Shown here in pieces: positions 49,338 through 58,538 of a stretch of 64,000 nt of DNA; the stretch's first letter is position 1, and every line of letters starts with the position of its first letter. The position numbers were made by a program, and so were the translations under genes. Origin of the DNA: a virus. The notes beneath the pieces are model-generated. The model saw nothing but the letters and a program-made list of their open reading frames with translations. It did not search any database and was not told where the DNA came from. The stretch lies in the IMG/VR virus record IMGVR_UViG_3300032213_001070, positions 20,215 through 84,214 of that record, one strand, 5' to 3'.

Positions 49338-49898
49338 ACCAATTGCATCAGCATTTGCACAGATTAAAGATTTAATTTTACCTGTCAAATCAATGTTTGC
49401 AGACATAACCATATCCCCTTTATCATCAACTACCTTGTCTTTAATGTGACCAGATAAAATAATGTGGGGTGCTAAGGTATCAATAAAATCTAAAACCTGG
49501 AAAAATGCTTCACGGATATATAAATATCCAGCACCATTTGGCAATGTAGAAACAGTATCACCACTAAAACTTTTACCCATTGGAGTATTCTTATACAGCT
49601 TAATTGCAAGCGGCATAATCATAGTCTCTAATGCAGTCACAGTATCTATAGTAACATACTTATAGGGTTTACCTGCTTCTTTGATTGCTTTACCGGCATC
49701 TAATAGCTCTTGAAGATTACTAACTTTAATCTTAAGAGCATCTACATAATCAGAACCATTTTCTAAATCTATAATCAGATTGTTGTCTAATCCTGCAAAT
49801 GCAGTTGTTTTACCTGTCTTTGGCTTTGAATAAATCAGTAATCTCTTTGGATTAACCTGACTTGCCTTTACTTTACTTGTTGGAAGTACTATACTCAT
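49338..49898 (-). CDS. Exon 1 of a Sak4-like (AAA_24) RecA-fold ATPase
   Basis: YSKPKTGKTT Walker A, DLENG, TIDTVT Walker B, LSGH. Confidence 0.8.
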
Positions 49899-50569
49899 AT
49901 TTCACTTTTTGTATGTTTTTTAATCAAATCATTCAACCAAGGCTTAGCACTTACCGGTTCCATTAGCATAATTGCTGCTAAATCTCTAATAGTTGCTTCA
50001 CTTAAAGGTACATCAGCAATTTCTACATTGTCTGTATCTGCTTCTACTTTTAAATCAGAACCAACTTCTGCCTCAAAATCAGGAAATAAAGACTGTTGTA
50101 ATCTTGGCAGTTTGATATTTTCAACTGCAGATTCAGCAGGAGCTGCACCCGCATCTTTTCTTTTCTGATATACATTATAAGGTATCTCAGTTCCATCTTT
50201 AAGAACAGCACGCAATTCAGTTACAGGAATAGTATAAAGTTTATAAGGCTCACCTTTATAGTTTACACCTTCTTTCATCTCATACTCTTCTCCATAATAA
50301 GGATTGTTTCTGTACTTAAATAATTGTCTGTCAGAATTAAAAGGCACAATGTCAGTTACATTGTCTTTTTCATCTTTAACATTGTCATAGAACTCAATGT
50401 AGATATCAAGCTCCTTAGTTATCTCAGACGCAAAAAGCTGAAATTGCCTTTCTGCTTTACCTTTTACAAAGTAAGCGGTCTTAATAACAAATGTAGGATC
50501 TGCTATTCCATGAGCTCTAAATGTCTCCAAGTGTTCTGCAAAAAACTCTTTTTCTTTTTCTTTTCTCAT
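49895..50569 (-). CDS. Hypothetical protein, 224 aa
   Basis: ORF between the helicase and the Sak4-like gene. Confidence 0.7.
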   Translation of the reverse strand: MRKEKEKEFFAEHLETFRAHGIADPTFVIKTAYFVKGKAERQFQLFASEITKELDIYIEFYDNVKDEKDNVTDIVPFNSDRQLFKYRNNPYYGEEYEMKEGVNYKGEPYKLYTIPVTELRAVLKDGTEIPYNVYQKRKDAGAAPAESAVENIKLPRLQQSLFPDFEAEVGSDLKVEADTDNVEIADVPLSEATIRDLAAIMLMEPVSAKPWLNDLIKKHTKSEI

Positions 50570-50583
50570 ACTCTATTTACATT

Positions 50584-51585
50584 TTAAATTGATACTTTTT
50601 TTGTAGCTTGTGCCGGTGTGTCTATCTCTACAATCCTCATGATTGTTCTGTCTAGCTTAAAGAAGCTCATCCTTGTGGTACCATTTCTAGATTTTAGAAA
50701 ATGAAAGACTAATAAGTCTTCATCATTTATAATATATCTATCAGGACCATACTGTCTTATTTTTCTTAGAGAGGGTTTATTTATACCTAAGACTACATCC
50801 GCATGCTGCAATAAAGCATCTGACCCATAAATGTCTGAATCCAATACATAATTTCCATACTCACCATCTCTCTGCCTCTCTACATTATCTATGTTTCTGT
50901 TAAGCTGACTTAACACTACAAAAGCTACCGGATAGTTTTTTTTCATCATAGTGAGTGCCTTGCCTAATGCTGAGAGCATCTCAAAGTCATCCTTTTGGTT
51001 TTTTGCTTTTGCAAATAATGTTGAGTGATCTATACCTACAAGCATATTCATATATGTTCCATCTGGTTTCTTAAACTTTTCCATTTCATAATGAATAGTT
51101 GCACACATTTCATCAACATTACAAGTATCATATAGAACTCTAGTAAGATCATGTTCTACAGATTTCTCATAATACTCAACACATTTGTCATAGATTGCCT
51201 TATCCACCTTTACTCCATCTTTACTCATTAATGTATTGTAATCAGCACCGGTTTCTAAACTAAGTTTTCTTACTCCGCTAGTTTCATCTACCATCTCAAA
51301 CTGAAACTTAAGTATTCTAAATTCTTGATCAGGATTTTGGTCTATTATATCACTAAATAACTGTTCTAAGAATAAAGTTTTACCCGTTCCAGGTCTAGCA
51401 CCAACTACGGTGATAGTTCTCCATTCTAATCCATCACAAAAAGCATCATTAAATTTGGGCCATGCACTTTTAAGAGATTTAATATCTCCATTTCTTCTGC
51501 CTTTCATCTTAAGGATTGCTTTTCTTAGTGAGTCTCTTTCACTTACAGGCAGCAAAGGCCTGGCTCCATTAAATAATTCTGCCAT
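50584..51585 (-). CDS. dnaB: DnaB-like replicative helicase (motor domain only)
   Basis: GARPGTGKT, FEM, IDH, LSQLNR, GSDALLQHAD, KSRNG. Confidence 0.9.
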   Translation of the reverse strand: MAELFNGARPLLPVSERDSLRKAILKMKGRRNGDIKSLKSAWPKFNDAFCDGLEWRTITVVGARPGTGKTLFLEQLFSDIIDQNPDQEFRILKFQFEMVDETSGVRKLSLETGADYNTLMSKDGVKVDKAIYDKCVEYYEKSVEHDLTRVLYDTCNVDEMCATIHYEMEKFKKPDGTYMNMLVGIDHSTLFAKAKNQKDDFEMLSALGKALTMMKKNYPVAFVVLSQLNRNIDNVERQRDGEYGNYVLDSDIYGSDALLQHADVVLGINKPSLRKIRQYGPDRYIINDEDLLVFHFLKSRNGTTRMSFFKLDRTIMRIVEIDTPAQATKKVSI

Positions 51586-51589
51586 TGTA

Positions 51590-51766
51590 TTATTGATTTT
51601 CTAGTTTACTATGTTTCATTTGGTTATACACCTCATGTAATAATGTAATCAGCAATTCAATTAAGAAATACTTCCAAAAAGGCATAGATATAATAAATAA
51701 ATCTACTATACCATAACCTATTGCTGTTCCTAATATTGCTGTAATAAATAAAGTTCCTTTTGTCAT
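51590..51766 (-). CDS. Small membrane protein, 58 aa
   Basis: Translated by hand; two hydrophobic segments; ATGA coupling. Confidence 0.6.
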   Translation of the reverse strand: MTKGTLFITAILGTAIGYGIVDLFIISMPFWKYFLIELLITLLHEVYNQMKHSKLENQ

Positions 51767-52359
51767 ACCACTCTTTCTTTAAAATAAGAACCACCTTCTC
51801 CATCAAGGGTTGTGTTTAATAACTGACAATATGTTGCTAGATCAGATTCAAAGCTCTTATCTATATTTTGCCTTCTTATGAAATACTGAGAATTTCTCAT
51901 ATAATCATAATTTCTGACACTATACTCATCAACATATTTTTCAGTAGCTTTTAGGATTGTCTCCCAGTCATAATCATAATTCTCAAAGAACCATTTAAAA
52001 GCACCTTCAAGATTCTTGGCATTTACTCTAGCATATTTACCAGAGTTAAGTTTCCTATTAGGAAATATTTCTACATATTCCTGTATCTTCTCTAGGAAGC
52101 CATCACCCATTAAATCTCTGAGTGTTTTCTTTTTAGTTCTTTTAAAGAACCCGTTAATTTCCTCCATAAAGATAAGACTTTTGCTTGTAAGTTGCAAGTT
52201 TTCATCAAGCCAATGGTCTTGTTGCAGCCTTTTGCACTCAAGTTCTTTATTAACATAATTATAGGGTACTATTTTTTCTTTTATACAATGCAAAACATAG
52301 TATGTGTTTGGTGTCAGGTTCTCTTTTATCAACCTTTGAAATATCTCTGTCATTACCAA
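51763..52359 (-). CDS. Hypothetical replication-associated protein, 198 aa
   Basis: Upstream of the helicase; possible initiator or loader, by context only. Confidence 0.5.
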   Translation of the reverse strand: MVMTEIFQRLIKENLTPNTYYVLHCIKEKIVPYNYVNKELECKRLQQDHWLDENLQLTSKSLIFMEEINGFFKRTKKKTLRDLMGDGFLEKIQEYVEIFPNRKLNSGKYARVNAKNLEGAFKWFFENYDYDWETILKATEKYVDEYSVRNYDYMRNSQYFIRRQNIDKSFESDLATYCQLLNTTLDGEGGSYFKERVV

Positions 52360-53066
52360 GTTATTTTTGCATTAAACTGTCTTTCTACAACTTCATTAAC
52401 CTTAACAAATAAGTTATCTGAGTTCCATCTTTCTTGATTGCTATATGCTGCACTGGCAGGATGGGTTACAAAAAACTTATAGTTAGTATCATTTACTGTT
52501 TCAGACCATTCTTGAGCCTGCTTACCCATATATACATATACAAGTCCGGCTTCATTCCATGTCAAATAATCAAATAAATAAGCCATAAAAGGTTTCCATA
52601 TGTTGTAATGCTGTCCTATTTTACCTACTGTAGTAGTAAGAGCAGTATTAACTAATAGAATACCTTGTTCAGACCATCTGGTTAAATCTACATCTAAACT
52701 TCCAGGATGTCCATTGTAAACAGTTCTGTTTACTTCATCAAGCATATACTTAAGACTAGGTTGTAATTCCTTTGTATTACTACAACTGAATGCTATTCCA
52801 TCAGCAACTCCTAGTTGAAAATAAGGATCTTGACCTACTATAATTACTTTAAGATCATTTCTTGGACATTCTTCAAATGCTCTAAATACATTTTTAAGTG
52901 GTGGTGTAAACCTTCTACCATCACTAGCAAGTCTTGCAAGCTCAGTAATTATATTATCAAAGTCACCACTAAATATAAAAGATTTAAAAATATTAGCCCA
53001 ACCGCTGGGTTCTAACTTTTCAAACATTTTTTGTTTAATTTCATCAAGATCTAATATTTGTTTCAT
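52353..53066 (-). CDS. ung: Uracil-DNA glycosylase (family 1)
   Basis: GQDPY, GIAFS, QGILLVN.ALT, HPAS. Confidence 0.92.
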   Translation of the reverse strand: MKQILDLDEIKQKMFEKLEPSGWANIFKSFIFSGDFDNIITELARLASDGRRFTPPLKNVFRAFEECPRNDLKVIIVGQDPYFQLGVADGIAFSCSNTKELQPSLKYMLDEVNRTVYNGHPGSLDVDLTRWSEQGILLVNTALTTTVGKIGQHYNIWKPFMAYLFDYLTWNEAGLVYVYMGKQAQEWSETVNDTNYKFFVTHPASAAYSNQERWNSDNLFVKVNEVVERQFNAKITW

Positions 53067-53090
53067 ATTTTTGTTTAAAATAAATTATTT

Positions 53091-53402
53091 ATGGCTATTA
53101 AAGTTAAAGAACTAAAAGATGATGCAGTCCTTGAAATAAAGGTTAATAAAAACTTTTACTTGATGACTAAATCTCTATCTTATTATCTATTTAATCAGAT
53201 AAATAAAGAAAATAAAGAAGAGTATTTAAAACAGATCATGGAAGGTAAATATGAAGATATGGATGATCTTCAAAGATCTTTTTATACTGTTACTTTATTA
53301 CTTGCAGAAATTGAAAGAACAGGTAATGATAAAAATCTTTATTCTGAAAAAGAAGTTCTGCAGCCTGGTGATGAAGGTTATGTAGCTCCTAAGAAAGATT
53401 AA
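53091..53402 (+). CDS. Hypothetical protein, 103 aa; lone + strand gene in the - strand block
   Basis: Fills an otherwise empty gap; AT-rich leader; protein-like composition. Confidence 0.7.
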   Translation: MAIKVKELKDDAVLEIKVNKNFYLMTKSLSYYLFNQINKENKEEYLKQIMEGKYEDMDDLQRSFYTVTLLLAEIERTGNDKNLYSEKEVLQPGDEGYVAPKKD

Positions 53403-53763
53403 TATTATAAAGCTTACCTACTTCTACACAAGCTTCAATAGCTAGTGCTAATTCATCTTTACTACAGTCTGCAAATGATTTGCAAAATGTTGCATCTCCT
53501 CCATCATAACATAACCCTGATCTTTCTTTAATCAGTACTTTCATTTCTTCAAAAGTATAGCCAGATTCTTTGGCTAATTCTCTTATACATGCATGCACTT
53601 TTGCCAATTGTGCAATACTATGGTCTGCATCAGCTAGACCAATATACATTTCTACTTTCTGTCCTTCTGGAAGTTTATCCAAAAAGATTTGGTAAGCTAA
53701 TCTTGCCTTTTCATCAGGATAGATTAACTTACCATCTTGCTTTACTAACTTAACTGATAACAT
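53389..53763 (-). CDS. NinB/Orf-like recombination accessory protein
   Basis: HSIAQLAKVHA..RELA...K...KSFADCSKDEL pattern. Confidence 0.5.
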   Translation of the reverse strand: MLSVKLVKQDGKLIYPDEKARLAYQIFLDKLPEGQKVEMYIGLADADHSIAQLAKVHACIRELAKESGYTFEEMKVLIKERSGLCYDGGDATFCKSFADCSKDELALAIEACVEVGKLYNINLS

Positions 53764-53764
53764 A

Positions 53765-54016
53765 TTAACAAGTTATATTACTAATTACTTCAAGAAACTG
53801 CATATAATGTTCTCTTGAATAAATTCTAATTGCTGGAATATCCCAACATTTTATTGTCCAATTATTATCTTTTACATCTATACTGTCTGTGCTATATAAG
53901 ACTATATTGTCACAGAGTTCTTTATTGTAATAATAATAATCATATCCATTCTGACTTTCAACATCTTGAATTAATATTTTTTCAAATCCTAATTCTATTA
54001 ATTCTTTTTCTGTCAT
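53765..54016 (-). CDS. Hypothetical protein, 83 aa
   Basis: Coupled ORF. Confidence 0.6.
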   Translation of the reverse strand: MTEKELIELGFEKILIQDVESQNGYDYYYYNKELCDNIVLYSTDSIDVKDNNWTIKCWDIPAIRIYSREHYMQFLEVISNITC

Positions 54017-54420
54017 TTGTTTACTAATTTAGTTAAGAAATCTGCTGGATTCAGAACTTCTTGTGAATAATTTTGCCGGGCATAATCATAGCCTTTATAA
54101 TCCATTAAAGCTCCAAACTTAGCATGTCTTTCTTTCATATAGTGTTTGACTATCTGTACTACAATATAGAAGTTATCCTTATCTTCTGATATCATCATAT
54201 TATATACATTTTCTACTTCATCAGCAGTAATTAAACCTAAGAGTTTATTAAGCTTTAATTCAGCATAAAACATAAACTTTCTATACTGCCCATGATATGG
54301 ACCGGAAGCATATAAGTTAAAAGTATAACTCATATGATCCACATTCTTTAACAACTCATAATGATCAGAACAAATAGCTACACAAAGTTTGCTTAGCTGT
54401 TTATCTTCTCTTTTACCCAT
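54013..54420 (-). CDS. Hypothetical protein, 135 aa
   Basis: Coupled ORF. Confidence 0.6.
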   Translation of the reverse strand: MGKREDKQLSKLCVAICSDHYELLKNVDHMSYTFNLYASGPYHGQYRKFMFYAELKLNKLLGLITADEVENVYNMMISEDKDNFYIVVQIVKHYMKERHAKFGALMDYKGYDYARQNYSQEVLNPADFLTKLVNK

Positions 54421-54518
54421 TACTCATCCCAGTTATTGTCATCATCATTTCTTAAAGGAAGAACTATAAGAACAAAAGTAACTAGTACTATTCCTATGAA
54501 TATAAATATTGTATCCAT
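54420..54518 (-). CDS. Single-pass membrane peptide, 32 aa
   Basis: Translated by hand (MDTIFIFIGIVLVTFVLIVLPLRNDDDNNWDE); TAATG coupling. Confidence 0.5.
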   Translation of the reverse strand: MDTIFIFIGIVLVTFVLIVLPLRNDDDNNWDE

Positions 54519-54519
54519 C

Positions 54520-54744
54520 TTATTCTAAGTTTATATTATAACTACTCAAGATCTCCCGGATCTTCTCTCTAACCTCTTCATAAACTTCTGCAATTTCTGA
54601 AGGTAATTTGTCATTATACTTTATCTGTTCTCTAAGACTTTGATCCAGATCCCACATAGATAGTTTCCATTTGTAACCATCTAATGCATCTCTAGCATCA
54701 TCTTTTTCTTCTACAGAGTCAAACTCTAATATTATTTTTGCCAT
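54520..54744 (-). CDS. Hypothetical protein, 74 aa
   Basis: ORF in the small-gene cluster. Confidence 0.65.
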   Translation of the reverse strand: MAKIILEFDSVEEKDDARDALDGYKWKLSMWDLDQSLREQIKYNDKLPSEIAEVYEEVREKIREILSSYNINLE

Positions 54745-54746
54745 AA

Positions 54747-55034
54747 CTATCTGTTTATAAATTTAATTGCACCATTAAAATGATCCACTATATCAAAGAA
54801 TCTTTGAGGATTAGTTTCATCATAATCTAAAATACTGCTTATTGCAAGCTCATAGTCATCTTCAAGATCCATTGTTACACTCATAAAATAAGTGTTTGTT
54901 AAGGGTTCTCTAAAGATTACTGATATCAACAAGTCTTTATAAAGCAAACAATACAATTCTTTTAGTTTATTATTTGGCTTGAATCCATACTTTTTTAAAT
55001 TTCTCTTAACTTTTGCAACTTCTTTTTTTGTCAT
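54747..55034 (-). CDS. Hypothetical protein, tandem paralog 3
   Basis: N-terminal ..L.KYGF pattern shared with its neighbours. Confidence 0.6.
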   Translation of the reverse strand: MTKKEVAKVKRNLKKYGFKPNNKLKELYCLLYKDLLISVIFREPLTNTYFMSVTMDLEDDYELAISSILDYDETNPQRFFDIVDHFNGAIKFINR

Positions 55035-55300
55035 GCTCTTGCAAATTGAAATAATGCTACTAATTTACTATACTCATCTAACACCCATTCTGGAGTAAAT
55101 ACAGCTTCATGACCTTTAAGAAAAACAATAACATTATCAATTACAGACATTTTTATATCCGCATACCAGTTATTGGTATAAAGTAATACAAATTCAACAC
55201 TAATATCTTTATACATATATTTATGATGATTATTACTGTTTCTATAAAAACCATACTTCACAAGCTTCTTACCAATTAATTCTGTATCTCTAAGTGTCAT
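55031..55300 (-). CDS. Hypothetical protein, tandem paralog 2
   Basis: MTLRDTE...KYGF. Confidence 0.6.
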   Translation of the reverse strand: MTLRDTELIGKKLVKYGFYRNSNNHHKYMYKDISVEFVLLYTNNWYADIKMSVIDNVIVFLKGHEAVFTPEWVLDEYSKLVALFQFARA

Positions 55301-55587
55301 TATTCTATAAATTTATGAAATGCTATTAAGTTTTTACACCACTGATGCGCAGGACCTAAGATATTTTTATGCCCGGTAACAAAATCTTTTGTAAGTTTTG
55401 TATTTGTTCCAGATAAAGCAGCTTCAACTATATAATAATCAAAACTCTTAGATGAATGTATTGTTACTTCAACAGTCCAGCTATTACCAAATTTATTGTA
55501 ATAAAAAACATTGTCTTTACCCTTTACTGTAAAATAACCTAAAGCTTTAGCCTGTTCTCTACATCTTTCTATATCTCTAAGTTTCAT
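55300..55587 (-). CDS. Hypothetical protein, tandem paralog 1
   Basis: MKLRDIE...LGYF. Confidence 0.6.
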   Translation of the reverse strand: MKLRDIERCREQAKALGYFTVKGKDNVFYYNKFGNSWTVEVTIHSSKSFDYYIVEAALSGTNTKLTKDFVTGHKNILGPAHQWCKNLIAFHKFIE

Positions 55588-55592
55588 ACATA

Positions 55593-55808
55593 TTATTCTG
55601 ATTTAAAGGTTTCGTTGTAGTATTGTTCTGCTGATTTATATGTGGTTATTTTACCTCGTTCATCTCCAAAATTAATAGCATTAATTATCTGCTCTTTCTC
55701 CATTTCTTTGGCTTTATCCCAACATTCTGAATTATGTTTAAAGTGCTCTTCTGTCCAAGGTTCAGATATTAAATTATCTTCTAACCATTCTATTGCTGTC
55801 TGTTCCAT
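55593..55808 (-). CDS. MxQTA...AKEMEKEQI...TFKSE family protein, 71 aa
   Basis: Paralog of 61481-61684; ends in the AACCTTTAAAT core. Confidence 0.7.
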   Translation of the reverse strand: MEQTAIEWLEDNLISEPWTEEHFKHNSECWDKAKEMEKEQIINAINFGDERGKITTYKSAEQYYNETFKSE

Positions 55809-55809
55809 A

Positions 55810-56004
55810 TTACTTGTTTTTTCTTTGGTCCCAGTAATCAATAAAAAATCCTGCGGCAACTATTAAGTTCATACCGCAGGAAGCTATAATCTCAATAGCA
55901 TCTTCATAGATAGTACTCAACAAATGTATGTGACCTACTGTCCAAAAAGGTATGGCTAAGTTTTGGCTTATCCAAACTATAAGATATTTAATGAAATGTT
56001 TCAA
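55810..56004 (-). CDS. Small membrane protein, 64 aa
   Basis: TTG start; hydrophobic segments. Confidence 0.55.
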   Translation of the reverse strand: MKHFIKYLIVWISQNLAIPFWTVGHIHLLSTIYEDAIEIIASCGMNLIVAAGFFIDYWDQRKNK

Positions 56005-56418
56005 TTACTGTAATGCTTCAAGTATCTTATCAAGATTCTTATTTGTAAGAAAAAATGTTGTTCCAGAACTAGACATATAAGCCATGTTAGAGCCTGTCTT
56101 TAAGAACCAAGTCTTTCCATCTAATTCAAAGGTTAACTCTTTCTTATCTATTACAGCCTGCTTTAAGATATTAAAAAACTCTACTGTACTTTCTTTAGAT
56201 CCTAAATGTATATAATCAATGTCAGTAATATATTGGTACTCAAGATTCTTGTAATACAATGTATACCAGTTCTTTTCAGCATCATAAAAATGATTAAGTC
56301 TAGGTAAACCTGTAAGTTTACTATACCATACTATACTATCTTTTGTTGTTTCTTTTACAACAATTTGTGAATGTGCTGTACTTGCTGACAACACTAACAA
56401 TAAAAATAACTTTTTCAT
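56005..56418 (-). CDS. Secreted protein with a Sec signal peptide, 137 aa
   Basis: MKKLFLLLVLSASTAHS|Q is a Bacteroidota-style signal with +1 Gln. Confidence 0.7.
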   Translation of the reverse strand: MKKLFLLLVLSASTAHSQIVVKETTKDSIVWYSKLTGLPRLNHFYDAEKNWYTLYYKNLEYQYITDIDYIHLGSKESTVEFFNILKQAVIDKKELTFELDGKTWFLKTGSNMAYMSSSGTTFFLTNKNLDKILEALQ

Positions 56419-56420
56419 AA

Positions 56421-56642
56421 TTAAAAATTTCTGTTTCTTCTTTTAATAATTCTGTCTATTAGCTTAAACATGCTGTCAAAGAATATGTAATTTACAAGTG
56501 ACATAACCATTAGTAAAATCCAATTCCATACTCCCGGATAACATAAAGACATATACATCACTATACCTGTACTACCTATAATAGCAAGTAAATGCATAAA
56601 TACCATATACCATAACACCCAAGTTCTAATCCCCTTCTTCAT
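56421..56642 (-). CDS. Small membrane protein, 73 aa
   Basis: Two hydrophobic helices and a basic C-tail. Confidence 0.6.
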   Translation of the reverse strand: MKKGIRTWVLWYMVFMHLLAIIGSTGIVMYMSLCYPGVWNWILLMVMSLVNYIFFDSMFKLIDRIIKRRNRNF

Positions 56643-56899
56643 TGTTCACTGTTTTCTCCGGCTTTTCCTTCACCGGTTTGTTTAGAAAATTCTCTTTCAG
56701 CTTCAATCTTCTTTGCAATCTCTCTTGGATTTGCAGATTCAATGTGTTGTAATCTGAGTCTTTCTTGTCTTTCTTCATATTCTTGCCAATTATACATTTC
56801 TAGTTCTTTCATTCTAACCGCATCTTCTATAGTCATACCTTCTGGTATACCTCCATTTGCATTAATTAAATCTATACAAAATTCTTTCATCCTTCCCAT
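56639..56899 (-). CDS. Hypothetical protein, 86 aa
   Basis: Coupled ORF. Confidence 0.6.
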   Translation of the reverse strand: MGRMKEFCIDLINANGGIPEGMTIEDAVRMKELEMYNWQEYEERQERLRLQHIESANPREIAKKIEAEREFSKQTGEGKAGENSEQ

Positions 56900-57336
56900 A
56901 ATTTCAAGGCTTTTAGTGTTAATTCTTTTACTGCCATATCAATTCTTGATATCTCCTTAAATTCCATATACTTTTTGATTTTCTTTCTAGCATCTTTATC
57001 AAAGTGAGTTATAACAGCTGTATATCTTTTATCAGCCTGTCCTGCTTTATGATTAGGAAACTCATATGGAAATGCAATCATAAGATCATTTACATTTGCA
57101 ATAAAACTAATATCACTATATTCAAGTAATTGATATGGGTGAAACTTTGCAGAAGTTACCGTTTCTCTTTTCATATCAAATACTTTTCCTATAGTAACTT
57201 CTGTTTTATTAAACTTGTAATACATAAGTGCAATTAGATAGTTTCTTCTATCCATACTTCTTCTGTTCTTACCCTCCTTAAGAAGATCCTTAACTAACTC
57301 ACATTGCACCAACACATCTTCATAAGTATAATCCAT
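56887..57336 (-). CDS. Hypothetical protein, possibly HTH DNA-binding, 149 aa
   Basis: R....Y...TEVTIGKVF..KRETV resembles a DnaA-C-like HTH. Confidence 0.4.
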   Translation of the reverse strand: MDYTYEDVLVQCELVKDLLKEGKNRRSMDRRNYLIALMYYKFNKTEVTIGKVFDMKRETVTSAKFHPYQLLEYSDISFIANVNDLMIAFPYEFPNHKAGQADKRYTAVITHFDKDARKKIKKYMEFKEISRIDMAVKELTLKALKLWEG

Positions 57337-57339
57337 AAG

Positions 57340-57522
57340 CTACATAAAAAATGGGAACAATAATCCTTTTATCTCAGATATAATAGGTCCAATAATAAGT
57401 GTACTTAAAAATCCATGTGTTTGAGACCACTGATACCAAAAATACAGCATAAATACATGTGCTGTAATCATATATAACCAGATAATAGCTGTAAAGACAG
57501 CTAGTCCATCATCATTTTTCAT
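57340..57522 (-). CDS. Small membrane protein, 60 aa
   Basis: Hydrophobic ORF. Confidence 0.55.
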   Translation of the reverse strand: MKNDDGLAVFTAIIWLYMITAHVFMLYFWYQWSQTHGFLSTLIIGPIISEIKGLLFPFFM

Positions 57523-57533
57523 AATAATAAATT

Positions 57534-57803
57534 TTAAATTAATTCTAAATCTGCTTCTTGAAAATGTTCTGCTTCTATTGCTTCTAAAGTAACATAAGGT
57601 GCAAATCTATCCGCACTGTAATACTCATAAGGAAATGATTGTTCTGATAGTTGTACTTCTTTTAATCTATAACCATATCTATTTTGTTGTAGACTCATTC
57701 TGGCTACTTCAACTACAGTATATACCTTACCTTCTTCTAACCATTCATATGGTGATATTCTTTTAGGCTTGTTACTGGCATTAATACATATTACTTTTAA
57801 CAT
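57534..57803 (-). CDS. Hypothetical protein, 89 aa
   Basis: ORF. Confidence 0.65.
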   Translation of the reverse strand: MLKVICINASNKPKRISPYEWLEEGKVYTVVEVARMSLQQNRYGYRLKEVQLSEQSFPYEYYSADRFAPYVTLEAIEAEHFQEADLELI

Positions 57804-58516
57804 GACATAAATTTATATCTTTTTTTAAAATACTTATTTGTATCTATATACTTTTTATAATTTGTTGGTCTTCCTGTAACTTTAAAAGCTGAATCAGTTG
57901 ATAAATATGTTGTTACAGTATCTAAAAGTATATCATGTACTTTTAACATGATTTTGTTTCCTGCAAGCAAATTAACATTTATTTTTAAAGGATAATTTTT
58001 TTCATTGTATCTCCAAAAATAATTATTACTTGTTCTTGATAAATCTACTAAAGCATGTCTTAGTGTACTTGATCCACAATTAAAATATTTTGCAGCATCA
58101 AGTATAGAATCCCACTTTTTTATAAAATTACCTTCTAAATCATACTGCAATATAGACTTAGATAATTTTTTTGCAAGAATTTTATACTTTTCATGACTGT
58201 GTTTAAAACCTAATGTACCTTCACCACCTAATGTAGCATTAGTTAAATCAAAACCCCATTGTTTAAATTGACCTATCCAATAAATTTCAAGATCACAAGC
58301 TTCTTCTAAAGAATTTGCTCTATCTAATTCTTTAATGATAGGTTTTTGATTTTGCATTTTTAATTTTTTAATCCAGTTAGTTTTATGAGAATTACAATCT
58401 TTTGACTTTGTGCAGTGCCCAGATAATCTTACACTTAATTTTACAGAAGTTAAACCAATGTATCTTATGTCTAAACTTATAGGATCTTGTAATGTATATA
58501 TTATGAATTTTTTCAT
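57797..58516 (-). CDS. Free-standing GIY-YIG homing endonuclease with NUMOD-type DNA-binding domain
   Basis: IIYTL...RYIGLT...R..H...E..WI...LTN...GGEG; ILQYDLEGNFIKKWDS. Confidence 0.8.
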   Translation of the reverse strand: MKKFIIYTLQDPISLDIRYIGLTSVKLSVRLSGHCTKSKDCNSHKTNWIKKLKMQNQKPIIKELDRANSLEEACDLEIYWIGQFKQWGFDLTNATLGGEGTLGFKHSHEKYKILAKKLSKSILQYDLEGNFIKKWDSILDAAKYFNCGSSTLRHALVDLSRTSNNYFWRYNEKNYPLKINVNLLAGNKIMLKVHDILLDTVTTYLSTDSAFKVTGRPTNYKKYIDTNKYFKKRYKFMSC

Positions 58517-58519
58517 ATT

Positions 58520-58527
58520 CAAATATA
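58520..58527 (-). promoter_or_regulatory. Bacteroidota-type -7 box TATATTTG directly upstream of the GIY-YIG gene
   Basis: Exact TAnnTTTG match 3 nt before the ATG. Confidence 0.45.
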
Positions 58528-58538
58528 CAAAAAATTAA

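Noticed and set aside
42421-49898. Treating 43735-44034/42421-43446 and 49335-49898/48357-48545 as separate genes or pseudogenes
   Set aside because: Complete group I intron cores and precise in-frame splice junctions explain both.
34217-53066. Modified-base (e.g. dU or dZ) genome suggested by the MazG-like gene
   Set aside because: An intact-looking UDG argues against uracil DNA, and no base-modification enzymes are visible in the window.
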